From NCBI GenBank assembly GCA_005223095.1, contig NJBQ01000004.1, positions 1 to 60,878 on the forward strand: a stretch of 60,878 nt of DNA, given 5' to 3'. Made by a program: the position numbers and the translations under genes. Shown here piece after piece: positions 1 to 8,542 of this stretch. Position 1 is the stretch's first letter. Every line of letters begins with the position of its first letter. The stretch comes from Candidatus Aerophobetes bacterium Ae_b3a. Lineage in GTDB: Bacteria > Aerophobota > Aerophobia > Aerophobales > AE-B3A. The notes under the pieces are model-generated. The model was given only the letters and a program-made list of their open reading frames with translations. It was not told the DNA's origin and ran no database searches.

Positions 1-143
1 ATACCATTTGGTCTTGTGCGGCATATTTGCCAGGAATCGTAGATTTCTCCCTTTATTTTATAGAAATTCTGGGCAGGAGCCTGCCAGGACAGTATCAGGA
101 AAGCCAGACAGATTAAAGCAGATATAGCTATTCTTGTCTTCAT
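1..143 (-). CDS. secreted protein, N-terminus only (runs off the window edge)
   Basis: ATG at 143 reads MKTRIAISALICLAFLILSWQAPAQ..., a signal-peptide-like sequence; open to position 1. Confidence 0.55.
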   Translation of the reverse strand, partial: MKTRIAISALICLAFLILSWQAPAQNFYKIKGEIYDSWQICRTRPNG

Positions 144-196
144 CGATTACATCTTTGACTGTACTTCGATATTTAATAGGTTAGTTCTCTTATCTG

Positions 197-261
197 GTAT
201 TGCGTATATCCTATGTCGCATTGCGCAATACGCATCATGCACAACAGAGTTGGTGAATCGT
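197..261. repeat. 65-bp heptamer-based intergenic repeat, inverted copy of 45468-45532
   Basis: reverse complement acgattcaccaactctgttgtgcatgatgcgtattgcgcaat... aligns with 45468 acgattcaccagccctgttgtgcgtgatgcgtattgcgcaat... Confidence 0.85.
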
Positions 262-311
262 ATTTCGTGAATCGTGAATAGTTAATTAAATAGTATGGGA
301 ATTTCCTTTTT

Positions 312-359
312 CCCCTCACCTCAATCCTCTCCCCATGGGGAGAGGGAAGGGAGAGGGGG
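312..359. repeat. REP-like palindrome (CCCCTCACC..ATCCTCTCCCC-GGGGAGAGG)
   Basis: hairpin cctctcccc/ggggagagg; related copies at 34648-34684, 44476-44504 and 45095-45128. Confidence 0.8.
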
Positions 360-431
360 TAAGTTCTTTCCTTGTTTTGCGATTCACTATTCACTAACCA
401 CTATTCACTGCTTTTGAGGAATGTCCTTCGA

Positions 432-535
432 TGAACTATGAACAATGAACAAAACTAGGGGAGAGAGCACTACTCACCAATTAACCACTCACTACTTACC
501 ATCTTATCGTTCTTTCTATCGATGAACTATGAACT
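432..535. repeat. ~100-bp intergenic repeat, direct copy at 56970-57079
   Basis: shared core aggggagagagcactactcaccaattaaccactcacYacttaccatcttat flanked by tgaacta/tgaacaa heptamers. Confidence 0.9.
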
Positions 536-538
536 GTA

Positions 539-1021
539 TTACAGGGACATAGTTAGGGCTGCGTGCAAAATTATTCCCAGAAAAACTAGATAGCTAAACA
601 CATATATTCCAACGGCCAGGGAGTTATCTTTGATGCTAATAAATGGGATTTTGGGAGTTACTTTATCAAGTATGTTAAATAGTGCTATACCTACCAGAAG
701 ACTCACCAAGAAATTAATACTTATTAGTCCTAATCTCCTAAGGTTCATCAGGCTTTCCAGAAGTGAGCCTCCAATGGCCATTGGTGCTGTGCAAGTGCCA
801 TGTATTACTAGACCTATGAAAATAGTGAATCCACCTATGAAGAGTCCCACCGACATGGGATTCTCTCCTATCTTTTTCCTTTGATGAATCTTAGGAGTCA
901 GGGCATCCAATATCCTTATTCCCAGCCAACATAGAAAGCTACAAAAAAAGACCATTACTACTACTCTGATTATCCAGAAGATAACCAGTAAATAAAAAGG
1001 ATTTGCTGAACCTATCGGCAT
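539..1021 (-). CDS. DUF350-like membrane protein (two internal repeats)
   Basis: repeated 'LD.LTPKI....I.EN..(S/A)VG' units with hydrophobic helices. Confidence 0.7.
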   Translation of the reverse strand: MPIGSANPFYLLVIFWIIRVVVMVFFCSFLCWLGIRILDALTPKIHQRKKIGENPMSVGLFIGGFTIFIGLVIHGTCTAPMAIGGSLLESLMNLRRLGLISINFLVSLLVGIALFNILDKVTPKIPFISIKDNSLAVGIYVFSYLVFLGIILHAALTMSL

Positions 1022-1188
1022 TTTCTCCTCCCTTAATTGATGAAATTTCTCTATTATTATAGCACATTCTTTCAGGCAATCAATAAAGAGTTTGTTTTTC
1101 GTTCAAAGAGGAGCATTGATGTTCCTGGGCGAGTAAATTGCTTGCTTGTGGATTTTTTGCTATTATGAGAAAAAAGAGGGGAAGATAA

Positions 1189-1857
1189 CTGGAGAAGGCT
1201 AGAAAGACTATATCTTTTGATGTGGATGGTACTCTGGTTAAGCCAGAGTTTAATGACCTCATATGGCGTGAGGTTATACCGGAGCTTTATGCCCGGAAAA
1301 ATGAAATAGAAATTGAAGAAGCGAAAGGATTTATAGAGGGGGAATATGATAAGATCGGTGAATATGACTTAAGGTGGTACAGTCTTGATTTCTGGCTCGG
1401 CTATTTTCGACTTAATGTAAGAGAAAAGGAGATATTGGGGGAGTACGCTGGGAAGGTTAGTGTATACCCTGATGTCTTATCCACCCTGGAGAAGCTCAGC
1501 AAGAATTATCAATTGGTCATTGCCTCTTGCATGGGCAATGATTTTATTGGTATAAAATTGAGAAAAAGAAATATCAAGAAGTACTTTAAGCGAGTTTTTT
1601 CTGCTGTGTCTATCGGGTTAATAAAGAAAGAAGAGAGTTTTTATCTTGCCCTCTGCTCAAGTCTTAACATCAAACCAGGTGAGCTTATTCATATTGGTGA
1701 CCATTATGAGTTCGACTATCTTGTGCCCCGACAGGTTGGTATAAGGGCGTTTTATCTAGATAGAAATAGTGACAAGCAGAAGGTGAGTTTAGATGGGGTG
1801 AGAAGTCTACACGATTTTACCAGGTATCTATGCGGAGGAGAAGGAAATAGTGGCTAA
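1189..1857 (+). CDS. HAD-superfamily hydrolase (probable CTG start at 1189)
   Basis: motif I ISFDVDGTL begins upstream of the ORF-track GTG at 1222; motif IV HIGDHYEFD; GAGGGG RBS 7 nt before CTG, in-frame TAA immediately upstream. Confidence 0.85.
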   Translation: MEKARKTISFDVDGTLVKPEFNDLIWREVIPELYARKNEIEIEEAKGFIEGEYDKIGEYDLRWYSLDFWLGYFRLNVREKEILGEYAGKVSVYPDVLSTLEKLSKNYQLVIASCMGNDFIGIKLRKRNIKKYFKRVFSAVSIGLIKKEESFYLALCSSLNIKPGELIHIGDHYEFDYLVPRQVGIRAFYLDRNSDKQKVSLDGVRSLHDFTRYLCGGEGNSG

Positions 1858-1990
1858 GGTCTATTCCATTACTCTTTTCGGAATCGAGACATATCCAGTA
1901 GAAGTAGAGATTAGCCTGCCTGGAGGACTTCCCCGTTTTAATAGTGCTGGCTTTCCTGATGTAGCAGCAAAAGAGGCTAGCGCAGGCTCA
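1847..1990 (+). pseudogene. comM: comM 5' remnant (about codons 1-45)
   Basis: IVAKVYSITLFGIETYPVEVEISLPGGLPRF..GFPDVAAKEA aligns with 13604-13740. Confidence 0.9.
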
Positions 1991-3118
1991 AGAATCATCC
2001 TCCTGGGGACTCTTTAGAAAATCCAAAACTTCTTTTGAGGGCCTATTTGAAATAGAAGCTACTACCTCTCCATTATGTCTGAATATCGTCTTTGTGTCTT
2101 CTTTAACTTCACCTATAACAGTTCCAACACCTCCAGCCCCTTTAATTTCCTTCAGTACACGCTGAACATTTTCAGGTGAAACCGTAAATGAGTACCTGGC
2201 TTGAGTTTCATTGAGAATTAGTTCAGCCGGATTAAGTTGTTTCCCTTGTTTCATAGGAACCTTTGAGAGTTCAATTTCAGCTCCCAACCCACCTGTTTTG
2301 GCTGCTTCGCATACAGCAGCTCCTATGCCTGCGGCTCCCAGGTCGGAAAGGGAGTGCATAAGACCTGTTCGTATAGCAGCCAGCGCAGCTTCCATACTCG
2401 TTCTTTCTTCTTCAAGCAATGGTTTTGCTGGTTTCATTTCCTTTGCCAATCCTGCACGGAATATTGTGTCATTACCATCATCATCGGTTTCTCCGATAAG
2501 GATAATACTATCCCCAGGGTTCTTGAATGGTTTTGTTAGGGGTTTATCGGTAACAAGTCTTCCTACAACTGACACCACTACCGCTGGCACTACGCCATCA
2601 AGCGAGGTAGAAAGGCCACCACCTAAGAGAATAACACCCATAAGCTTGCATACGTCTCTCACCCCTTTGGTAATTAGATTTAGTCTTGCCTGATTTGTCA
2701 TCCATTGACACTTTCCGCATCTGCATTCACCTTTAAATCCACAAGGGCCGACCAGGACTTTTTTATCCAAAGATCCCAGACCCACGAAATCCTCCAGGAA
2801 TAAAGGTCTAGCCCCCATAGCAACAATATCTCGTATTGCACCGCCACCACCGGTAAAGGCTGAGCCCCAGGGATCAACCACACAGGGAGAACAGTGGCTT
2901 TCCATTTTACCTACTAGCTTAATGCCCGTTCCAGGAATTCCTATGACTCCAGCATCATCCCCCGGACCAATTAACAATATATCTGGAAACAATTTTCTTC
3001 GTATTTTTTGGTTTAGTTTATCGATCTCCTCAAAATCAATCACATTGTCGATATTATGATGCAAATGCACAAAGAGTGCATACATCAATGCTCTTTCTAT
3101 TACATTCAGTTCTCTCAT
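1988..3118 (-). CDS. half-size PurL-like (AIR-synthase-related) protein with Cys-rich insert
   Basis: GPGDDAGV, KMESHCSP (PurL ESHNHP), GGAIRDIVAMGARP, DLGAAG, ETQAR (PurL ESQER); only 376 aa. Confidence 0.75.
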   Translation of the reverse strand: MRELNVIERALMYALFVHLHHNIDNVIDFEEIDKLNQKIRRKLFPDILLIGPGDDAGVIGIPGTGIKLVGKMESHCSPCVVDPWGSAFTGGGGAIRDIVAMGARPLFLEDFVGLGSLDKKVLVGPCGFKGECRCGKCQWMTNQARLNLITKGVRDVCKLMGVILLGGGLSTSLDGVVPAVVVSVVGRLVTDKPLTKPFKNPGDSIILIGETDDDGNDTIFRAGLAKEMKPAKPLLEEERTSMEAALAAIRTGLMHSLSDLGAAGIGAAVCEAAKTGGLGAEIELSKVPMKQGKQLNPAELILNETQARYSFTVSPENVQRVLKEIKGAGGVGTVIGEVKEDTKTIFRHNGEVVASISNRPSKEVLDFLKSPQEDDS

Positions 3119-3164
3119 TTTTTCCCCCCTTATTTTCCCTGACCTTTCCCGATAAAAAATTTAA

Positions 3165-4286
3165 CTACTTTCCAGGAGGAGATAGGGTTATGTTTTCAGG
3201 TTCGAAAATAACCTGCCTCTTGCCCTCTTCTACTTGACCAATTTCAACCAGTTCATACCCTGCTTGTTGCCCTATCTGGATGGTTCGTCCCACCTCGCAA
3301 TCTGGCACAAAGATATAATATCCTATGCCCCAGTTGAAGGTTTTGAGACAATCTTTCAAACTCACACCGAGTTCTCTCATAAACCGGAAAAGTGGTGGCA
3401 CCTCCACCCAGGTATGAATACGGTAAGTTAGTGGTCTCTCATCAAAAGCAACTTTACTCACTCCGCTCCCCGTACCCGGCAAAAAGGTATGGATATGTAC
3501 TTCTGCTTCCAGTAAAGCCTTTACCAAGGCTACATATGAACGAGTAGGAATAAGAGCTTCATCTCCCAGCGTATTATCATTTGGTAATTTGGTGAGGAAT
3601 TTTTCTGGTAGCGCTAAAGCACGTTTAATCACAAGAGAAATTCCGTTTGCGTGCAATCCCGATGATGTTACACCGATGATGCGGTCTCCTACTTGTAGCT
3701 TTTGCCCGGTAATAAGACGGCTGCTGGGAGCGATAATGCCAGTGACACAACCACTCAAAGAAGGAGCATTTTTAATGGGTGGTTCGGCTTTGATGAGATA
3801 ACGAAGCGATGGTGATTCACCTGCTGGCAAAGCCATGCCGACCATCTTGCATACTGTATAAAATCCTTTGGCCAAATCCCTGGCTCTCTTTTCGTCCTGG
3901 AACCATTCACTATCGCCGACTGCTACTTCATCAGTATAAACTACTGGCATTGCTCCTTGGGCAATTACATCATTTACGGATGTCAGTACATTGTCGATGC
4001 CAATGCTTTCGTAATAAGTTTTCCCTGTACCAGAAAACTGATACATCCATTCGGCAATCCAATTCTTGTTACCCAGACCCTCTTGAGTTTTACACCATAA
4101 ATGAGCTAAATCACCCCGGTACTCAAACACAGCACCATGAGCATGTAAAACATCACTGACAATAAAGACCATATACCGATTAGGGAATGATAGCGTCTGT
4201 TTCCCCACTTCCACCATTACTTGCTTGAATGGCTCAATTTTAGTGTAATCAACTCCCGCATTAGCATATTCACCTTTTTCCTTCAC
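3165..4286 (-). CDS. purM: divergent phosphoribosylformylglycinamidine cyclo-ligase (PurM-like)
   Basis: YANAGVD, SVNDV, AGES, SSGLHANG, TFNWGIG motifs. Confidence 0.8.
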   Translation of the reverse strand: MKEKGEYANAGVDYTKIEPFKQVMVEVGKQTLSFPNRYMVFIVSDVLHAHGAVFEYRGDLAHLWCKTQEGLGNKNWIAEWMYQFSGTGKTYYESIGIDNVLTSVNDVIAQGAMPVVYTDEVAVGDSEWFQDEKRARDLAKGFYTVCKMVGMALPAGESPSLRYLIKAEPPIKNAPSLSGCVTGIIAPSSRLITGQKLQVGDRIIGVTSSGLHANGISLVIKRALALPEKFLTKLPNDNTLGDEALIPTRSYVALVKALLEAEVHIHTFLPGTGSGVSKVAFDERPLTYRIHTWVEVPPLFRFMRELGVSLKDCLKTFNWGIGYYIFVPDCEVGRTIQIGQQAGYELVEIGQVEEGKRQVIFEPENITLSPPGK

Positions 4287-4330
4287 ATCTTACCTCTCTT
4301 TTCTTGTTCTTTTTAGGGTCCAGGGAAAGA

Positions 4331-4405
4331 AAATTATATCATTTTTCTCAGTTTTAGCAACCGAAATTGACTGTTCCTAAATTCTTTGCTCAGATTTTCT
4401 CTGAG
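4331..4405. promoter_or_regulatory. copy of the divergent promoter pair found upstream of comM (13439-13515)
   Basis: aaattatatcatttttctcagttttagcaa..gaaattgactg shared; minus-strand TTGCTA-17-TATAAT faces purM; plus-strand TTGACT with decayed -10. Confidence 0.8.
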
Positions 4406-4485
4406 GTTAAAGGTCAGGGAAAATAGTGGGAACCCGGCCAGCGAGCATGGTCTTGCCTACCCCGGGTGGGCCAATCATCAAGATA
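4393..4485. pseudogene. comM: two comM internal remnants: + strand F.EVKGQ (4393-4420) and - strand Walker A (4430-4485)
   Basis: tgaggttaaaggtcagg equals 14188-14204; reverse complement reads ILMIGPPGVGKTMLAGRV versus ILMLGPPGAGKTMLARRV. Confidence 0.85.
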
Positions 4486-4902
4486 ACAGTTAAAGGTTAG
4501 ATTCTATTTTCTGTGTGAGTCCATTATTCTTGGTTGGATTATGTGTGATAGGATAATGTTCTGGTATGAATAAAGGGAAGAATTCTTTTCGATTTCTCAT
4601 GAGACAATACCTCTTGATAAAGATAATGCTCCAGGGAAATAGCGATAAATCATCTATGGATGTTAGGATTCCATGTGAATTAGCTGGCTTGTTAAATATG
4701 CACGCCGAGACTTTTGTTTCCATCTTGGTCTAGCACAATAACTGGACCGATTCTAGGGAGCAGCTCAAGCAGACACAAGAAGAGATACCAACTCTTGAAG
4801 GTTATTTTTGGATTTGTTTACCTAACTTATTGGCTGATGGTTGGTTGGGTTGAGTGATTGATCACTTAACAAAGTTTCACCCCTATTTACTCCAATCTTT
4901 TC

Positions 4903-5274
4903 TTATTTAGTTTTATCTGATTGAATGTCTCGTAACATCTTTCGCTGACTCACCAACACACAAGCCCAGCCCGGCACAGAGAAAAACATGGAAAGGGCTC
5001 CTGCAGAGATAGCGGCAGGGAGATTTTGTGCGACCGGATCAGAACTTAACATATTGCCTGGAGGTCCACCGATGCCGCAGGCAAACCACAGTGCGAAGAA
5101 CAAGAACATATAACCGGCCATGCTCCATCTAGCGACTGATCGTTGGTGTCCTTTGCTTAGTACGTGAATTCTCACCCAATGCCAGATAATTATTGTGAAG
5201 AGGATAGCACCAGTAGAACCAAATGCACCAAAGTAAAGCCACATCCAGACAGGATGAGTTACTGGAAAATTCAT
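4903..5274 (-). CDS. hypothetical membrane protein (3 TM)
   Basis: ORF with GGAGG RBS and three hydrophobic segments. Confidence 0.65.
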   Translation of the reverse strand: MNFPVTHPVWMWLYFGAFGSTGAILFTIIIWHWVRIHVLSKGHQRSVARWSMAGYMFLFFALWFACGIGGPPGNMLSSDPVAQNLPAAISAGALSMFFSVPGWACVLVSQRKMLRDIQSDKTK

Positions 5275-5278
5275 TCGA

Positions 5279-5503
5279 TTACCTCCTTACTTTTTGTCCG
5301 TAGATTAGACTGCCAACCACGAGCAATACTCCGCCAATGGGTGGTGCAAATGCTGGAAGCATAGATAGCACTCCTTTGGTTACCACTAATGGATAAGCCA
5401 AAGATATACCCAGGAGGGCCCATAAGAAAGGTACTGTAGTGTAAAGGTGTATAAACAAAACACCCAGAACAAAAAACACCAGACCCAACTTCTTACCTTG
5501 CAT
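5279..5503 (-). CDS. small hypothetical membrane protein
   Basis: AAGGAG RBS, hydrophobic, directly upstream of 4903-5274. Confidence 0.6.
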   Translation of the reverse strand: MQGKKLGLVFFVLGVLFIHLYTTVPFLWALLGISLAYPLVVTKGVLSMLPAFAPPIGGVLLVVGSLIYGQKVRR

Positions 5504-5542
5504 AATTTCTCCTTTCTATTCTCGTCTCCTTTACGGAGCTAT

Positions 5543-5770
5543 CACTTATTCAAAAACTCCCTGATAGCGTCCCATGGGGATAAATTAAGGTAAATCTCGC
5601 TGGTTGTTAATATCATGGCCAAGTGAAGTTTGTAGGGCTCCAGTGGAGATTCCTTTTCTGATACAGTTGACTGAGGAGGTATGGCGTAAAACGTGAGGGG
5701 AGACGGGTTTTGAGATTCCAGCTTTATCTGCTGCTTTCTTTACTATTCTGGCAACTGTTCTCTTGGTATT
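5543..5770 (-). pseudogene. tyrosine recombinase (Xer/integrase) C-terminal remnant
   Basis: PVSPHVLRHT...LQTSLGH; a shifted frame continues EIYLNLSPWDAIREFLNK*; N-terminal domains absent. Confidence 0.8.
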
Positions 5771-5981
5771 GTTGTTTTCGGAAAGTAGTACTCCATTTGC
5801 CTTCTTATCCTCTCTGTCATTGGGATCATTCTTCTTTTTGTCTTTTTGCCCTTTTAGTTTAGCTTTTTTATAGGATTTGTAAACATTACCTATTGAATCA
5901 TCCAATAGAAATCCCTGAATTACGCTTTGACTAATGGTTTTACTAACTCAAACTGGTAGGTAATATTGCGACCACAACATA

Positions 5982-6120
5982 AAAGTAACAGATGAGGCAG
6001 CAAGGAATATAAGAGAGTATGTAGAAGAGGGAGGCATATTTGTTGCTGGATTTAGACTGGGAATAAAGGACAAAAATAGCAACACAGTAAAAGAAGTCCT
6101 TCCCGGTAAGTTAAGAGATT
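5982..6120 (+). pseudogene. fragment of GH42 beta-galactosidase trimerisation domain
   Basis: VTDEAARNIREYVEEGGIFVAGFRLGIKDKNSNTVKEVLPGKLRDL; no start codon. Confidence 0.6.
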
Positions 6121-6265
6121 AGAATGATTGGTAAAAAACCGTTAGTTGAGGCTCAAAATTATCAATTTACCGGGTCAAAGTATTATAAAAAGTAGCATTT
6201 TTTTCAGCAAAGACACAACTCCTTCCAGGTCCAAGGCAAAAATCTAATCCAGTAAACTTCTAACT

Positions 6266-8161
6266 CTACTGCAATAAATCAATTACCTGCTGCTGATTTT
6301 TGTTTTTGGCCATATCCAGTGCAGTCTTACCCTGTTTGTCTTTTAGGCTGGTATCAGCACCATACTTTAAAAACAGTTTTACGAACTTTACATTCCCTTT
6401 GTAAGCAGCCTGCATTAAGGGAGTAGTCCCGCTCTTGGGGGTCTGATTTGGGTCAGCGCCATGAGAAAGAAACATTTCAATAATTTGGCAATCTTTCTCG
6501 TTTTTGCTGACTAAAGCCTTACCGGTCATCTTTCCTAAAGCGGTAAAATTTATTTTCCCTGGACTACCCACTTTAGAATCGGGGTCTGCCCCAGCTTGCA
6601 ACAAAAGAGGAATCATTCCTTTATAATTATCAAAGTTATTAACGGCAAGAGTTAGAGCATTATTACCATAATCATCCTGGAAGTTTATTTGTGGATTATA
6701 GTTTAATACCAATTTTAGCATCTCAGAATTACTATACCTACAGACTGCCATTAATAGGGAATCAGTAGCGGAAGCATTCATATTTACATCTAACCCGGAA
6801 TCCAGCAGGGCTTTTACCTTATCCAATTCATTATGTATGATATCCTGAACTAACTGTTGTTTCTCCTCCTTAGAAAGCTCTTTGACCTTTGCCGGAAACT
6901 GCTCTAACAATAATTTAACCCCACCAGATTCCCCAGCCGTAATGTTCAGGGTTCGAATTTGTCCGGGATTAAATTCCCATTTCCTTACCTGCCCGTTGGT
7001 TAGTTTGAAATCCTCTTCTTTTAATACATCTTCATATTCTCCTTTATAAAAGATTATCTTTACAGGAGAGTCTTCTGCTGCCTGGCTATCCCCAGTTAAA
7101 GTAAGTACAATCTTGTAATCTTCATATACGAATAATCCTCTTTGACTTTCTTCCAGCAGGAAATACTCTTCCCGCTTAACTTCATCAAATGAAGAGTATT
7201 CCTTTGTAACAAATGCGCTAATTAACCCTTCTTCTATCTCTATAAGAATCTCATTTAGCTTAAGTTGATGACCAAAAAACGGTTCAGCCTTCTGACCTTT
7301 ACCGCTGAGGCCGGATTCAATTACTTCAGCTTCTACAGGCTGCCCATCTCTTAAAGGCGTTATTTTATAAACAGATTTCTCTTTTATCTGGCTTCTAATT
7401 ATTACCCGCACGGATTTATCTGGCTCTACTTTAACTCGTAAGGCACCACCTGTTCCCATATACCTTCCAGCAGGAGCAATAGTTTCTTCCCTTCTGGTAA
7501 GCACTGGCCGAGCAGCTTCTTTTTCCTCGACTTTTTCAGCAGGAGATTTTTCTCTTTGATAATCAGCTGGAACTTTAAATAAAGAATCATCCTGGGGTGC
7601 TTCTATAATATTGGTCATTTCAAGTAATCCATCTCCCTGACCAGCACCGTAATAGACTATCTGTCGAATAAATTGGTTTAATTTTGGTGAATACCATCCT
7701 TCTGCCGATGGCTCTTTTTGCTCTGGATAAGTATAGGTATATTTCTCACAAAGATAGCCCAGAACAGTCTCATCTCCTACCTTTTCTTCATTTAAGCTTT
7801 CCCTTATTGCTTCCCATGCACGGACAGGATTAAAAAAAGCCGCATCTATGCCCTTTAGCTCAATATAGGTCTTTTCTTCAGGGTTTAGAGCCCAGGTGAT
7901 GTCCAGCTCACGGTCAGCAATAATTAGGATGCGATCCTCACCAGTAAGTTTTTCCACTCTATAGAGACTGTCCTCAGCATAATACTCAAATTCATAATCT
8001 TCGTCCGGCTGCTTAATTTTCAGATCAGCGCTAAACTCTGCACCTAAAAGGGCAAAACTAAAACAGAAAAAAATAATTAATATCCCTGGTACTGAAAATA
8101 TTCTATGAAATTTTTTCAACATCTTCTCCTTTGTTTTCCTGGATAGATATCCTTTTTCCAA
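6266..8161 (-). CDS. secreted DUF4412-like protein with C-terminal ankyrin repeats (start probably 8122)
   Basis: signal peptide, G.ETV.GY.CEKY and DDSLFKVPADY motifs; ankyrin repeats GTTPLMQAA, GKTALDMA. Confidence 0.8.
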   Translation of the reverse strand: MEKGYLSRKTKEKMLKKFHRIFSVPGILIIFFCFSFALLGAEFSADLKIKQPDEDYEFEYYAEDSLYRVEKLTGEDRILIIADRELDITWALNPEEKTYIELKGIDAAFFNPVRAWEAIRESLNEEKVGDETVLGYLCEKYTYTYPEQKEPSAEGWYSPKLNQFIRQIVYYGAGQGDGLLEMTNIIEAPQDDSLFKVPADYQREKSPAEKVEEKEAARPVLTRREETIAPAGRYMGTGGALRVKVEPDKSVRVIIRSQIKEKSVYKITPLRDGQPVEAEVIESGLSGKGQKAEPFFGHQLKLNEILIEIEEGLISAFVTKEYSSFDEVKREEYFLLEESQRGLFVYEDYKIVLTLTGDSQAAEDSPVKIIFYKGEYEDVLKEEDFKLTNGQVRKWEFNPGQIRTLNITAGESGGVKLLLEQFPAKVKELSKEEKQQLVQDIIHNELDKVKALLDSGLDVNMNASATDSLLMAVCRYSNSEMLKLVLNYNPQINFQDDYGNNALTLAVNNFDNYKGMIPLLLQAGADPDSKVGSPGKINFTALGKMTGKALVSKNEKDCQIIEMFLSHGADPNQTPKSGTTPLMQAAYKGNVKFVKLFLKYGADTSLKDKQGKTALDMAKNKNQQQVIDLLQ

Positions 8162-8324
8162 GTATTAGCTTGTTTACTTCCCGATGCCTTCTACCTTATT
8201 TTTGGATTTCATTACAGATATTTAATTTCATTACTAATTGCTGACAAATTGTAAATATATTTTTCTTTCTTGTCAATTATTTACGAACGAACTGTCAATG
8301 CAAAGTAAATAGGTCATACCCCTG

Positions 8325-8440
8325 TCTCCGTTAAGGAAGTAGACGGTCTGAATCAAGCTTCTCACGGGAAAAACTTCAATTTTCCTGACCACGGCTGCCT
8401 CTCCGGCATTATCCTCGGGAATAATAAGGGCCTTTACTCC
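8325..8440 (-). pseudogene. comM: comM internal remnant from a diverged allele
   Basis: GVKALIIPEDNAGEAAVVRKIEVFPVRSLIQTVYFLN versus intact GVKALILPEENAREAAVVSDVDVFPIKNLIQVIAFLN (13997-14106). Confidence 0.85.
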
Positions 8441-8445
8441 TCAGA

Positions 8446-8525
8446 GGAGCCTTCTTTTGAATTTTTCCTCGATACTTGACTTCAACTGGCAACAGGGTGT
8501 TCTTTATGGGAAGGACAATCTCTAC
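8446..8525 (-). pseudogene. possible C-terminal scrap of an AAA+/DUF4143 protein
   Basis: VEIVLPIKNTLLPVEVKYRGKI resembles the LPIEVK motif. Confidence 0.35.
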
Positions 8526-8542
8526 CTGCTGCAAGGATAGCT

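Noticed and set aside
173-394. 73-aa ORF
   Set aside because: Made entirely of heptamer and REP-like repeat sequence
4490-4723. 77-aa ORF or transposase remnant
   Set aside because: No recognisable motif in the frames I read; treated as unassigned decayed DNA
5771-5905. intact integrase gene
   Set aside because: The 5' part is unrelated sequence, the first catalytic Arg region is missing and the Tyr segment is frameshifted
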